From Euglena gracilis (lineage: Eukaryota): a stretch of 64,000 nt of DNA. This document shows positions 32,122-45,900 of this stretch, one piece after another (position 1 is the stretch's first letter; each line of letters opens with the position of its first letter). The notes beneath the pieces are model-generated. The model saw only the letters and a program-made list of their open reading frames with translations. It was not told the origin of the DNA and did no database searches. The DNA lies in the NCBI GenBank assembly GCA_039621445.1, contig CP154954.1, positions 25,556,954-25,620,953 on the forward strand. Reading direction: 5' to 3'. The position numbers and the translations under genes are program-made.

Positions 32122-35100
32122 GTGCAAATGCGCACACAAACACACCTATCACGTTCAAAAGCCTCGTAGGTCCGTGGGAATAATCAGTGTGTTTTAAGAC
32201 AGATATGTTGTTCGTTGCACGCCATTGCACAAACCATCCACATACCAGTTTCCCCAAGACGTTGGTGCGCACAAATGCGCCCATAAACAAATTATGTTTG
32301 TGCGCTCATTTGCGCCCACAAACATGTATTTTTACCTTCAACGTTTTGCATTTTATTTGTGCAAGTGCGCAAATAAACATATTGTGTTTATTTGCGCAAA
32401 TACGCGCATAAACACACATCAGTTGCATGACGGCTGACGTAGTCTGTAGCATCTGATCTAATAAGGCTCCGTGTGTTCCTACGGGCGGCTGCAGTATCCA
32501 AGCCAGTTCAGGCTCCGTGACAGCACCAGTGCCAATAGTCGTAACAGTGGGTGTGTGCTTCCAACCTGTTTGATGCACGAGAGCACCAATCTCTCCCTCC
32601 ACCCCCTTCACGTCATTTGGTAAGCGGCATTTGCACCAAACCTCCTGGAGTTGATCCCCTTCAACACAGGGTTGCCGCAGTTCATAAACTGTTTTCCGTC
32701 TGTCAGGGTACAGGGTCCCAGAAATTCCGTAAAAATTATAAATTTGCGCAAATGCGCCCATTTCAAAGAAAAAAACCCTCGAATCCTGCCGCCTAAGCCG
32801 CACCCACCCCGCCCCCTCCCTCTCGCCTCCTGCGCCGCCCGCTCCTCCAATCGCATGCACAGCTGTCTCAGCCGCACCTCCGCGGCCGCCATCCAGTGGA
32901 ATCCGGTGGACGTGCAAGTCAGCCCTCAGCCTCAGCCCATCGCCGGGCAATGTCGTTCCATAATTTTGTGGTCTCAAAAAAATGGGAGGGGAGTGAGGGA
33001 GGGAGGAGGGAACCCGACGTGTAGGGGGACGTGTGGTAGGGAACGACGTGTAGTAGGGAACCTGACGGGTGGGGGGTCCAGCCAGACACAACTCTCCAAC
33101 AATCTCTGGGCCCAGACAATGGCAACCCCCCCCTTCTTCGCCGAGCCCCCCACCCACCGGCAAAACCCGGGCTGAACCGAGAAATTTTTGGTGCAAGGCG
33201 CCGAAATTTTTTAAAACGGGGTCCAAAGTTGCTTCAAACAACGGCATTTTTGGGTCGTTTTCGGATTTCAAATTTTGGATAAAAAAATGCCAACTGGCTG
33301 GGTTTGGGCTTTGGGGGGTATTTTTTGGGTACCAGCCGGGCCCAGCTCCCAGCCGGCCGGACCCCCCCCCCCGGAACCCTCCAGCCAGCACCTTTTCCAG
33401 CCGGTCCGCGGGACCCCACCCCCCGGGGTGCTTAAGAAAACCCCCAGTGGTGGCTGGCTGGCCGACCGGGTGGGTGCCAAAGCGGACCCCCTAGGTCGTG
33501 AGAAAGCTTGGCTCCTCACGCCCGTCGGGTTGGCTTCCCAACCCAAGTCACCCCATTCCTCCTGGGAAGGAATGGAGGGGGCGGCCCCCGGCTCTTTTCG
33601 ACGCCCCTCCCCCCTTTGGGCCGCGCCTCTGCCATGTGTGCCTCTTGCCTGTCGGGCTCCCGCCCTTGCCCCCGTCCCCCTCTCCCGGCTTGCCCAGTTT
33701 GGTCCGTGTGCTCGCTCTGGCGCTCTGAAGCGGCTGCGACGATCGGCGGTCGGAGGCGGGGGAAGGTTCTGGGTGGGGCCGGGGCTGGAAGGAATCCCTG
33801 GACCCCTATGGTGGTGGGCGGGAGCACACAATCACTTGGTCATTGGCCAACCCCCCTGAGGGGTGGGTGACTGATTTTTTTTCCAGATTTGATTAATGTT
33901 TTTTTTGGCCCGGTCGACCCCTTCCCCTGAGGGGGGAGGGGGTCGACAGAAATCACTTAAGTGGACAGGCATCGAAGGCGTGGAAAAATTCCTCACCCAC
34001 AAAAATTTTTGTGTCCAAAATGAACTGGATTACTGTACCACAATTTCAGCCCTAGGTGGGGTTCATAGAATCATAATTTGGGTTTGTCTTTTGTCCCAAA
34101 TCTGCATCAATTGAAACAGTTGCATGGTGAGGGTGGACCCCTGTCCAGGTCGGTGGGACGCGGTCCAACCCCCGCTTCCCATTTTTCTGAGCCGCCGGTT
34201 TTTAGGTCAAATCTTTCCTCGTGAACCGCCATACGGTGGGTGGGGCCGGCTTTCCGGTACAGACAGCGGTGGGTGGGGCAAACGCCTGTGCGCACGTCGC
34301 CCAAGACCGACGCCCCCATCCTCCTGGGTGGCCGTCCGTGCGTCTGTGTGGCCGCCGTGCCCCCCGCTCTGTCGGGCGGCGCGGCTTCCCCACAGCCAAG
34401 GTTCTCCTGCTCCCCATCCGGCCGCGTGTCCTTCCGACTGTTCTGTTGGGGGATTGGGGCATTGTCTGTGAATGATTCTCTGTTGTCTGACACCCTTTTT
34501 TGAAGAAAAAAAATCATCCTTGGTGATCTTTGTCCAATTTATGCGAGCGGCCGAGCTCAGGTAACGGCCGGGGGCGGTCCCTACCGAAATTTCAAACTGC
34601 CACATTACGCCTCCAAGCTACGGCTGAGGCATTTGGTTTGTAACGGCGTCTTGTTTGATGCCAAAGGTTCCATGAAGCGATGGCCGCACAAACGCCTTAT
34701 CCCAACCAGAGTAATGGTCCCCAAAGCACGACTTTCGTCGCACTCCTAATTGCAGGGCAGTGTTGGCGGCGCCAAACCCTTTTTGCTTGTCCCCCGCCGC
34801 CACCGCCCCCCCCCCCCTGCCTCGGACTGCCTGGCCTCCCCGCGGCCGGGGTCTGGGGCCGGCCTGCCACACTCTGTCCCACCCCTCGGCCAGGCGTCCA
34901 GATCAGATTTTTACCCAAGAGCAATTTGCGTCACATTTGAACATTTTCCGATTTTTTTGCCAACAAATTCCATACATTTGGCATCAGTATGTACAAAAAT
35001 CACAAAAAACCTTGGTTTGAGACTTTTTTTGAAAAAAGGAAAATGCGAATGCCAGTTCAAGACGAGCACCAATTTAATTTGCATAATGGGAAAGACCATC

Positions 35101-38100
35101 TCCTGGAAAAAATCCCCTCCTCTCCACTGCTGCCTCCGCAAGTTTCTCCGCAAGCAATCTTTCTCGGAAGGCAAAGTCTTTGGCTACAGTCATTTTCACC
35201 CTCCACCCTTAACTCTGATGCTGTCCGTGCCGGAAGAAGTGCCTGGTTGAGTCGGCAAATGGATGGTCATTTGACTGGTTCTGTTGAGTTACGTCATCCT
35301 ATCCTCTTCTGCCTACACAACGTTGGATGTGTTTCTGAGTTTATATGTATGATATTTACTCGGCAGCCTCCAACTAAAGGAACCCCCCGGGGGGGGGGGT
35401 CCCTTTAGTTGGATCGGTGGCGGCAAAAAAAAATTTGTGTTAATGAAGGAAAAGGGTTTGGTGCACAATTCTGGCCTAACTTCAAGCCTAACTTGCGCAC
35501 CTAACCCTAATCCTCCAACTAAAGGGACCCCCCCAGGGGGGTCTCTTTAGTTGGAGGCTGCCATTTACGCTTGCCCCCCCCCTCCTCCTTACATGCAAAT
35601 CTCGCCCCCTAAAGTTTGCCTTTGGCAAATTCTTGACATGCAAACATACATCTCTCTAAGGTTTTGCGAACCCCCCGGGGGGGGGGCGGCTGCAGCCAGC
35701 CCCGATTTGGGCCCAGCCCAGCCGCAGCAGCACCCCCGGGGGGGGGGGGGGGCGGTGCTAGCCCAGCTAGCCAGCCCCTTTTTGGGGGGTCCAGCCCAAA
35801 ATTTTTCGGCGCGAAGCGCCGAAATTTTTGAAAAACTGTGTTCAAAAGCGGCCAAAATGGGGTTTGGGGGGCGTTTGGGGCATTTTTGGGGGGTTTCAGA
35901 TGCATTTTTTCAAAACTGTGTTCTGCAGGTCATTTTTGGGCATTTTTCCGATTTCAGTCCAGCTCGCCCCGGTTCGGGTCCAGCCGGGGCCTAGCCCCCC
36001 CCGGGGGGGGGGGGGGCGGGCTAGCCAACCCAAATTTCTAGCCAGCCCAAATTTCTAGCCCTAGCCCAGCACCCCCCCGGGGTCCTTAAAGAGATGTATG
36101 CATGCAAACTTAGCCCCCGTGAGGTTGCCCCACCCGAGGGGAGAGGTCTACGTATATGTGTGTGTGTTTATAATATATATTATGTTATTTTATGTTGTAT
36201 GTTTGTGTAGATATGAAAATGTATATTTAATATTTTGCAATAATTCTGCTGGATTAAACCCCCCCTCAATTAGAAGCCCCTCAGGGCTACTATTCGGTCA
36301 GTTTGCGTCAAACCCGGGGGTTGCTTCTTATTGGGTCGCAGCGCCGAAAACCTTCGGCGCTTCCCGCCGGGTGTAAAAAATCAGGTTTTTTGGTCAAGCG
36401 TCCTGTGTCCCAACCCCCCTCATCGGGAAACCAAAGGATTGCTACATCTTACTTTTTTGCACTTCACCCCAGATATGTTTACAAAAATGTGCGTGTTTCA
36501 CCCAATTTGTTTGCATTTCATCACAAAAATGTCTGCACCCTATCCCAAAACGTTTTCAGAAAATTCTTGTATTTGGATCTGGTTTTTTGCACAATTTCCA
36601 CCAGTCTGAATGCATCTTTTTACATTGATAAAATGTGGGCTTTTTTCAGTGTGCAAAGAATACGAAGCGCAACGTTTTCTGAACAAGTGCAAATGCTTTT
36701 GGGGCAGTGCAAAAACCTTTTGCCAGTTGTGACCAAAAAACAATGCGGTTGAAGGTCATGGCAAAAATTCTGACACGCTTTGGCAAATATTTTTGCCAGG
36801 CGTGGGCAAATTTTTGGTTGCAAGGTGTAAGATTGTGGCCAAAACCCGATCCATCTTGCATTTGTGTGTTTGCAGTTTGCCAGTGCCTTGAATGTGTGTC
36901 TGCCCAGGGGGGGGAGCTGTTATTTGGATTTTTGGCGGGAAATCCGAGGGGGGAGAGGCTTCATTGGGGAAGGGCTTCTTTGGGGGGGGAGCGTTACCTC
37001 ATGAAGTTTTAATTTCACAAGGATGGGCGCAAAAAGATGATTGGGAATGGCAATTTTAGGGAAAAAGGGTGGCTGGGTCCGTGGCGGAAATTGGTAGTTT
37101 TGACAACAACAACAGAAAACAAATCAGGGGGGCCAGACTGAAAGCTGAATGGCAGCCTGCCGGGAAACTGGAACTGTCCCCTCCGCTCTTTTGAGGCCTC
37201 TGCGCTTCTCGTCCGTCCGTCACATATGGAACAGGGGGGAAACCCAACACTGTCAACGTCTTGGCTTCTTGAGACACTCTGCAACTGGCTGACTGACCTG
37301 AGCCCCTGCCCATGCCGGGAATGGACCTGTGCCCGGATTTGTTGCTCAAGAAAAGCGGTTTCTTAGCCCCCTCCCCCGCTGTCAGCGCGGCTTTGAGTCA
37401 GCAACCACTGCTGGGGAGAGGGACTAATTTGCGTGGGAGGCACCAACTTTCGAATTTTGGATTTGAGGAAACCTAAGATTTAATGTGAATCAATTTTTAT
37501 GGAATTTTTCTGGGAAATAGATTCCCGGGATCTTTTCTTTTTTGTGAAAGGCAGCAGGGGGTAAAAATTGTCTTGAGGGAGGTCGGTGCTTCTTTTTTTT
37601 TTGGACTCCCGGATTTCTCAGGAGTTGAAAAAAAACCAAATAATGCCCCCACTTGGGCCAGGGCTTTGGGCAAAAATATTACTCCAGGGGTTTTGCCACG
37701 TGGTTCACGCGGTGTTGCACACGATACAAAGCACGAGGTGCATGTGGGACCCTCAAAAAAGAAGCAACAAAACCCAAAATTAAAATGAAACAAAAACACC
37801 CACAAAAAGGATTCAGCAGAATAAATAACTGTCGTTTGAATTCCCTATCAGGGCCTATATTCTCTTGTATTCGTTCGTCATATTTTATTTTTCAGTTTTT
37901 TTTCAATCAAAGTTTTGCAATTTCTCTTCAGGAAAAATGTAAGGGATTGTCCACAGCATATGCGTCGTCGCATGAAATAACGTTGCACGATGGAAATGAA
38001 AATTTAAAGGGAATGAAAAGTGTTGAAATCCTCTCCAGCAAATATGTGTACAGTCTGGGGTTTGGAAAAAAAATGCCCCAGTGGGATTTATTTAAAGATT

Positions 38101-38613
38101 TTTAAGGCATTTTGTGGTCTTTTAAGCAAGGAGGGGAAATTGAGTCCCTGGTGCAAGTAAACGAGTGGGGTGGGGGCTCGGACCCCCTGTCCATTCAACA
38201 AGAGGGGCCAAAGCCAAATTTGCCTGTGTTTCAGCTTGCCCAGCAGACAAATGTGTAGTGTGATGGGCCCACTCCACGGAAAGGGTGAGGGTGAGCGTGA
38301 TTGATTCGGAATAGGGTCAGGGATTGGGTTAGGTGTAGGGTCAGGGGGGGTTGGTGTGTGCATTTGGAGAAGGGTTAGGTTTAGGGCTGATTTCATTTTA
38401 ATTTTCTGTTTTAAAAAAAAAAATTATGGCCAATTTCTCCTAACTTTACTAGTTTTGGCTACCCTACTCTAATCCTAATTATTTCTCGCAAACCTTGCGC
38501 CACCCCTCTACATTTTCTCTCCACACCCCTTTCCTCATCCGTCCTTTGGGCTACACTAACTACGCTACCCAACTCTAATCCTTTATTTCTTCTTCTAGAG
38601 TTTCGTCGCAAAC

Positions 38614-39010
38614 AATTGTAATTCTAAATTTATGCCAAAAATTTGAACTCAGCAAATTAAAATGGTGGCAAAACCCCAATAATTGTTGGCATTTAAAAAG
38701 TGACCCTCCCCTCTCGTTCACTCACTGGAACTGGGGGCCCAGAGGTTTGGGACTGTCATCGAAATCTCTATAATGAAGTTTTTGGGGAGTGTTCGTGACA
38801 GTATTTCCATCCCGTCTCTTTACCCCCCAATTGTAATTCTAAATTTATGCCAAAAATGAACTCATGCAAATAAATGGTGGCAAAACCCCAATAATTGTGC
38901 ATTTAGAAAATTGGACCTCCCCTCTCGTTCACTCACTGGAACTGGGGGCCCAGTGGTTTTGGGCTGTCATCGAAATCTCCAGAATGAAGTTTTTGGGGCG
39001 TTTTCGTGAC
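38614..39010. repeat. Tandem duplication of about 185 bp (38614-38800 and 38828-39010)
   Basis: caattgtaattctaaatttatgccaaaa...ctctcgttcactcactggaactgggggcccag...ttcgtgaca occurs twice. Confidence 0.9.
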
Positions 39011-42000
39011 ACTGAACTGCATTTTATGGGTTGTGCTCTGGGGGGTCCGATGTTCGGGGTGACTATGGAGGGGCTAGAAGGTGCCCTCTCCCCTGTTGGG
39101 AGGGGGTAGTCACCCACCCCTCCTCAAAAGAAAGTCAAAAACCCAAAAAAAATTCCAGCGCTTAAGATATTTTTTTCACATATTTCCATATATTCTCATT
39201 TTTTGCATGTTCATTGGAATTTTGGGTTTTTTTGTGAATTTTCGATGTTTTCCTTTTTTTTCTTTTTCTACATTACTGATTGGTTTTAGTTTTTAACAAA
39301 GGTTGTGCTTGACGTTTGTTTTTGAAGTTTTTCTTGAGATCCCAAAGTGTTTTTTTTCCTCTTAACAAAGCTCGGACTGAAGAATCTTTTTCAAGACGTT
39401 GATTATCTTTCAGCGTGGTAAAAAAAGATTTTTAACATGTTTTTTTTCAAATAAAATGGACATTTTGAAAAACAATAATGAGATTCTTCTTTCCATCTCA
39501 TCACTTTTTCCCAAAAGGGCTTTTTAAAAAGAATTCCTGGATTTATTCCCATTTTTCAAAACATTTGGCAAACCTGCGATAAATACAGAATCATGTGTGC
39601 AAAAAAGGCACATGGCATGTTATGCAAACCCACAAATGAACAGAAATTTTTGCAAGGCACATAAACAAGCTGGTAAAAAGCAGAAGTTTTTGACGTTATT
39701 TTCTTCCCCAAAGAACTCAAAAGAACTCAATAATTTGCTGGAAGAGGCATAATAACCCTCAGGAATAAAACACAAAAAAATCTCAAAAAAAAGGGGGAGA
39801 CGTGGATATATACATTGGTACATTTTCTCGTGTATCTCTCTGGTGGCTGAGAGGTCCATTGATGCTGGACACTGCACGCTTTTGTATTTTAATTGCGCGC
39901 TGACCCAGATCCTCTCCCTGCACAGCGGGGTGCCCCCGCCCGGCATGCCGCACCCCGTTCACGCCGACACTCAGTCCACGGGCGGGGTTCGAAGCGTCTT
40001 GCCCTGGAGGCCTGGAAAGTGTGCGTCCGGAACTGTGTCTCGCTGACATCCGCCCCCGCGCAGGGGGCTGCTGTCCGCCGGGGTCGGCTTCCCCGCTGGC
40101 GCCTCACGACGCGTCCCACTTCGGCACTTCCCCAACGCCTCCTCCCCCCCTCCCCCGCGGCCCCTCTCCCCCGCTCATCCGTACCGTGTGGGCCTGGCCC
40201 GCTGCCGCCCAAAGGCGCTTGCATTTCCTGCTGCCCATTTCAGGCGGCTGGGAGCAGCCTTTCCCACCACCGGGGGGCGGTCCGAGCGGTGGCACGTCCA
40301 AACACCTTTCGGCGCGGTGGGGCTGTCGAAGGTAAAAGTCAGCTCCCAATTTGCACTGTGAAATTTTTCTTGTGAAATGGTGTCGTTTTAAAAAACTGAA
40401 GCTGAGCCATTTGCATTATGCTGCACAGGACCCTGGCTGTCGGAGAACGTCACCAGCTAAAGTGAGCTGGCACTGAAAACAACTTTGAGCGTTAAGATGG
40501 TTTTCGGAAAGCCTCTTGAAAACTTGGAGAGGACCGTGGACGGCACAGAGTCGGTTCAGCAGGACAGCTGGGCAACAGCATCTGTTCAGAGGTCGCTATG
40601 GTTATCGGCGGGGTGGTTTTCAGAAAGGCCCACAACTCCAACGACAGGGACGAACCGCCCGGATTGTCACATTGTCACATTGTCACATTGTCGGACTGTC
40701 ACAGCGGACGGAATTACGACCGGACTCGCTTTTTTTTGGGAGGGGCCCAGCAACAGAGCATTGGTTGAAGCCCATCCACCACAGTGCCCAGCGGTCAAGC
40801 AGCCCGCCTTGGCTCGAAGGACCGACCCCCCATGCCGCCCCGGCCCTAAACCGCCTTCCCCCACCGCTGCCCATCTCTTTCTCAGCGATTTCAACGCCCG
40901 GGGAGGGTCCCGAGGCCGTCCGCCCAATCCCAGGTGCCCTGAGAGCACTTCCGGGAGCATTTGCTGCCCCCTCCACTTCAGGCTTCTTTTTAAGTCAAGC
41001 AATTGCTTAAGCACTGACCGACCCCCCCCCCCCCGGGGGGTGACTGGTTTTTTCAGAGTGACTGACTGGTTTTTGGCCCGGACCCCCTCCCCCCCAGGGG
41101 GGTCAGCCCGGAGTAGGCAAAAGTGGCTTGAGTGACCCCAGCCAAAAATGTCACTTTTGGCCTAAAATGGCCTAAAGTGACTGGAAAGTGGCCGTTTTTC
41201 TGAGTGGCCGACCCCCCTGGGGGGGGGGGGGGGGTAGTGACTGGCTGGTTTTTTTATGAAAATGAGTGACTGACTGGCTTTTAAAAAAGTGGAGTGACCC
41301 CCCTCCCCCCCCCCTGGGGGTCGGTAAAAAATTGTATGGTCAGAAGACCCCACCCCGGGGGGGGGGGGGGGTTTGGGGCCGGACCCCGAGGGGGTCCCAG
41401 GCCGGAGGCCCAGGTATGGGTTTCGGAGCAAAGCGCCGAAAATTTTTTGTGAAATCGTCAAGGCCGGCTGGCTGGGTGGGAGCGCCCCCCCCCCAGAGTC
41501 TTAAAAAGAAGCCTGCCCCACTTGGCTTGCCCACTGGAACAAGTGAGAGAGTGTATAATTTTCCAGTTTTTTTTCAATTGGATTTTGGCTTTAAACTACT
41601 GCCCCCGGGGGGAGGGTGAACGACCCGTAAATTTGTCTTTCTGTCCAAAAAGGCCATGCATCAAAGCATGTTGGTCAACGTCCAAAAAAGATTCCTTTGG
41701 TGCCGAGTAGCCGGGTGGGGCGGCACCCTGGTCTACTCCGCCCCCCCCCCCCCGGGCCAAAAACCAGTCAGTCACTCCGAAAAAACCAGTCAGTCACCTC
41801 CCCCCGCACACACCTTATGCAATGGGCCCCCCATGGAGGGATGAAGTGGTGAATGGATTTTGAAAAGCAATTGATTGGCTTTTTGAGAGAAGGCAGTGAC
41901 AGACCCCGGGGGGAGAGGGAGGGAGGGACACGGTTGTGTTCACTGGTGAGGTGGAGATTTGTGACAAGCTTCCCCGGCAGGCCTGAACCCAAGGCACCAG

Positions 42001-42824
42001 AAACTTTTTTTTCGGTTTAATGCAATTCTCTGCGTTTTCCCCTCCATCTTAGCATATGCGATTTTCCAAATTTCTCCGAAGGTGTGCCAAAGAAAAAAAG
42101 TGTCAATGTCTTGAGGAAATTGGGTAATTTGTGTGTGGTGGCTCTTTTTTCATGGATGGTTATATAGGAAGGAGGATTCTGCATGCCCCCCCCCTCGGCG
42201 CTTGGACCTCCGGCACTTGGCGCTTGGCTTGGCCTCCTTTCATGCAAACTTGGCCAAAAGTTCGGCCTAAATTTTTTCTATCTTTGGCCCCATGTTGAAG
42301 GTATTTGACTTGTTTTGTGCATATGGCCGCCGAAGTTCTTGGCGCAAACTTGGTGGCCATTGGCCCCCAAGCTGTACCAGTTTGAATCGAAAACATTTGA
42401 ATGGGAAAAATTGGCACCCAGCATTGAAAAAATTCTGGCCGTTGGTCCAAGAATCTTTGTTTGCTTTTCAAAGGTTTTTGACAGTTTTTCTGACTTTGCA
42501 CGGATGCCAACAACATCAACAACGTCCATTTTTTTTGCATTTTTGGGGGGCATTTCCACTCTGCATTTTTTGTGTATATTCGAACCGAACTATTGTGACA
42601 CTAGATGAAAAGGAGAGCGTGGGGCTGGAACTTTGCCCCTGGTGCAGGGGCTGGGGAGGCACTGAGGGCAGGGTGTTGTGGCAAGTGAGCAGATGCCGGG
42701 CGACTGGGTGGGAGCTGTTCCGCTGCGAGCCGCTTGGGACGTTTTAGATTCAAAACCAGCAGACTTGTTGATCTCTCAAAAACAGCAATTTTGGATTTGG
42801 ATGGCCACCGAGCAGCCCTGTCAT

Positions 42825-42990
42825 TGGCCCCGCATCGCCCAGCATTGTTAATGAAGCCCTTGGTGGTGTACCTCCAATACCTGCATTCACTCAAATACCG
42901 CATACACTGCATCCACTTTTGTCCACTTTTGACCATTTGCCCAATTTCATCCACTTTTGGCCATGGCCACTTTTGGCTACTTTTGTTCTT
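42825..42990. repeat. Dispersed repeat; inverted copy of about 23900-24175 (GGATGCAG / CATCGCCCAG family)
   Basis: gcatcgcccagcat...ttggtggtg.acctcc...ctgcatccacttttgtcca is the reverse complement of 24005-24130. Confidence 0.7.
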
Positions 42991-45900
42991 TTGTCCTTTT
43001 GTTCACTTTTGCCCAAATTCATCCAGCCACAAGCTTCTTCCCCTCTTGGTCTTCCTCGCACCAGTACTAAAGCGGAATTGATGGAGTGGACACTGGAGTG
43101 GATGGGAGGATGGACTGGACGCAGATACTGGAGCCGATGCAGTGGATGAAGATATCGGATTTGAGGCAGTGGATGCAGATGCTGCAGTCGATGGAGGGAT
43201 TGTACCAACTGGATTTGATGTAGTGGATGTTGGATGGAATGGATGCTCAATGCAACTATTCCAGGATCTGGCATCCTGGTTATAAACTGAACCAAAAGCC
43301 CCAAAAGGACCAAAAACAAATGAGATAAAATGGTAGCGACCAAAATGACCTAAAATGGCTTGAAATGACCTCAAACATCCCCAAAATGGCTCACAATGTC
43401 CGCAAAGACCGTGAAAAATGACCCAAGGCTACCGAAACGGCATAAAATGGCCCAAAATGCCATAAAATTGCTGATGTTGATCCAAATCAGCCCAAAACGT
43501 ACAGACACAAAATTGCCCAAATTGTCAAAAATTGATCCAAAACATGGGCAAAATGGCTGTAACGTGAGAGATCCGAGGGAAATGATTCTTTATTGATCCA
43601 AAATGTGGGTTTCATTCTTCAAAGCTATGCAAAAAAATGCCAGCATCGCCCAGCATTGCCCAGCATCGTCAGAGGTGTTCGATGGCCACTTCAGTCACCA
43701 CCAAACTTTGGGGGGGGCATATTTAGACTTATCCTTAACCGACCCGGGACCATAAAAAAATCATTTTTCAGGCTCCAAAAACAATAGAAATCCTCTTTCG
43801 GCGCTCCGCGACATTGTAAATTGGTACAATTTGGCATTTACATTTTGGAGCTCAAATATCCCAAACTTCCATCATTGTTTGTGTCTGTGTATTTTTTTTT
43901 CAGGGAAAACTTTACTGTCTCTGAAGCTTCGCGCCAGAGGAGGGTCTTATTTTGGGGGTCTTGTTTTTTTTGGAATTTTGCTCGATCAGCCCTCAGGGTT
44001 CTAAGTTTGGGGGTCTTCTTTGGGGAGGTCTTATTTTCAGGGGGGGGTGTACCTTGTGGACATTTATGGAACCCCTGGAAAATGTACACTGCAAAATATC
44101 AGTGGAGTTCAGGCAAACCGCAATGCAAAACATGTCAGCATCATGTCATCGTTTATCCCCAGACCGGGGGGGGGGGGGTGGTCATAACACCCCCATGACC
44201 TGCAACCTGTGACCGGGGGGTGGTCATAGATGAGGGGTGGTCGTACGACTAGGGAGGGGGGTAATTATTTAATCTCGTTTAATTTATATTTTAATGATTT
44301 AACATAAGTAATTATTTAATTCAATTTACTTTAAGCTAGTTTAATATAATCCAACCATCCCCAAGACCATCCCCTGAAGCAGCACTTCCATGCATTGGTC
44401 GAGAATATCCGTCCCTGAACTGATGGCACAAAATCTGGTGAGGGTGCATTTCAGGTGGAAATATTCCACAAAAAGCACTGCAGACTAGGCTTTGCTTAAA
44501 TATCCTGGGGGTCCACTACCTACCCAATTTGCTAGTCATTGCAAAAAAGCCACAAGGTAGACCCCCCTCCTGAGCTGGAGTCCTGAGCTCTCCCCGAATG
44601 GAAAAAATATCCAGCGCTGGGTGCCGAGGAGAAAATAGGGTATGTATGGTGTTTAAAAAAAAAGAGCCAACAATGAGCAAATTTTGGCAGATTTTGGGGG
44701 CTCAAAAAAAAAACTTCCATTGGCTAGCCATGCTGGGAGTCCCTGGGGGGTCCACCAGGATTTTTACCGTTCAAATTTGGATTAGCTGCATTCCAGCCCC
44801 CACTGGGTTCTTCGACCCTTAAGCAGAAGCCTGCTGCTGACACGATATATGGGTTCGATAAAAGGGCAGGTGGGGGGGTTGGACCGATCCAGGAGGGGAG
44901 GGTGGGGAGCCCACCTTATTGGGTGACAGATGTCAAAAAAAATGCAGACAAGATTTCGGCGCGATGCGCCGGTAGAAAAGATTGAAGCTTTTTTGGGGGG
45001 GTCCCAGGTTCCCCCCCAGGTCGGTCCAGATCCACCCTTGGAAGGTGGGCAGGGGGGTCCGTCTGGTCCAGGGTGGGGGACCCCCCACCTAAATTGAATC
45101 CTGCATTGGCCTTTCTGTGCGCTGAGGGGATTCACCATGGGATTTCCCTGAATTTATTCCAAACGTTAGCGTCCATTTGGAGGGATTGTCCATGCAGCAC
45201 ATCCATAAAACCTCAAAGCCAACAGCCTTGGCAGACAGAGACAGACGACCAGGCGGTAAGACCCACCCACCCACCCATACACACACACACACACACACAC
45301 ATACGCACACAAACACACACAAACAACTGGTAGAACCGGGCAGCCGGGGCCCTCTGCCACTGGGTACCGTTGGGAGGGCGTGCCATTGGTCACAAACACC
45401 AGGGCGATTCAGGACGGGGGAAAACCGACGGAGGAAAGATGCAGGTGGCTGGCGGAAGCAGCTGGGGGGAACGAGGCGTTGTTTCGTGATCCTGAGCAGG
45501 AGATTTACCTCACAGACTGACAAAAAAAAGAGGATGGAAATGACATACCTCTCCTCCGGGTTCTGTGCATGGAATAAACCAAACATTTTAACAACGAGGC
45601 CAAGGGTGCGAAAAGTGCTGACTGGATTTTGAAGTGGAAAGTGACCCCCCCCGGGGGGAGGTCGGTGAGCAAGGAATGGTCTACCCCCTCCCGGGTCTTT
45701 CGAAGCCTCTAGTCTCAATTTGGACGTTTCCAAAACGTTGTTCATTTCTATAAAATTCTAGCGGAAAAGCCTGAATTTACATTTTTATCCTCTGCCCTGT
45801 GAAGGCACACATGCCATTTTCCCCCAAACCTGGCAATTTGGTCCATCTTTGGGCTAGACACCACCAAAAAAAAACCGCAGGATTGTTCTGATTAGGGACC

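Larger units (their letters stand above)
28776..32793. mobile_element. 4.0-kb non-autonomous TIR cargo element (PIF/Harbinger-like ends) with internal TGCGCAAATGCGCA hairpin repeats
   Basis: TIR GGCGGCCGGATTCG (28776-28789) / CGAATCCTGCCGCC (32780-32793), 13/14 match; flanked by TTA and TAA. Motif clusters at about 28815, 29200, 29360, 29510-29656, 29830, 30864, 32122, 32265-32410 and 32742. No transposase. Confidence 0.8.

Noticed and set aside
30850-32300. CRESS origin stem-loop with a NANTATTAC nonanucleotide
   Set aside because: Not found near either end; the intergenic region was not captured.
28800-32760. True CRISPR array or integron
   Set aside because: The repeats are degenerate and occur in both orientations, the spacers vary widely in length, there is no cas or integrase gene, and the context is eukaryotic. 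The resemblance is only an analogy.
38310-38590. Telomere-like TTAGGG/CCCTAA variants
   Set aside because: Highly degenerate and interstitial, with no true array.
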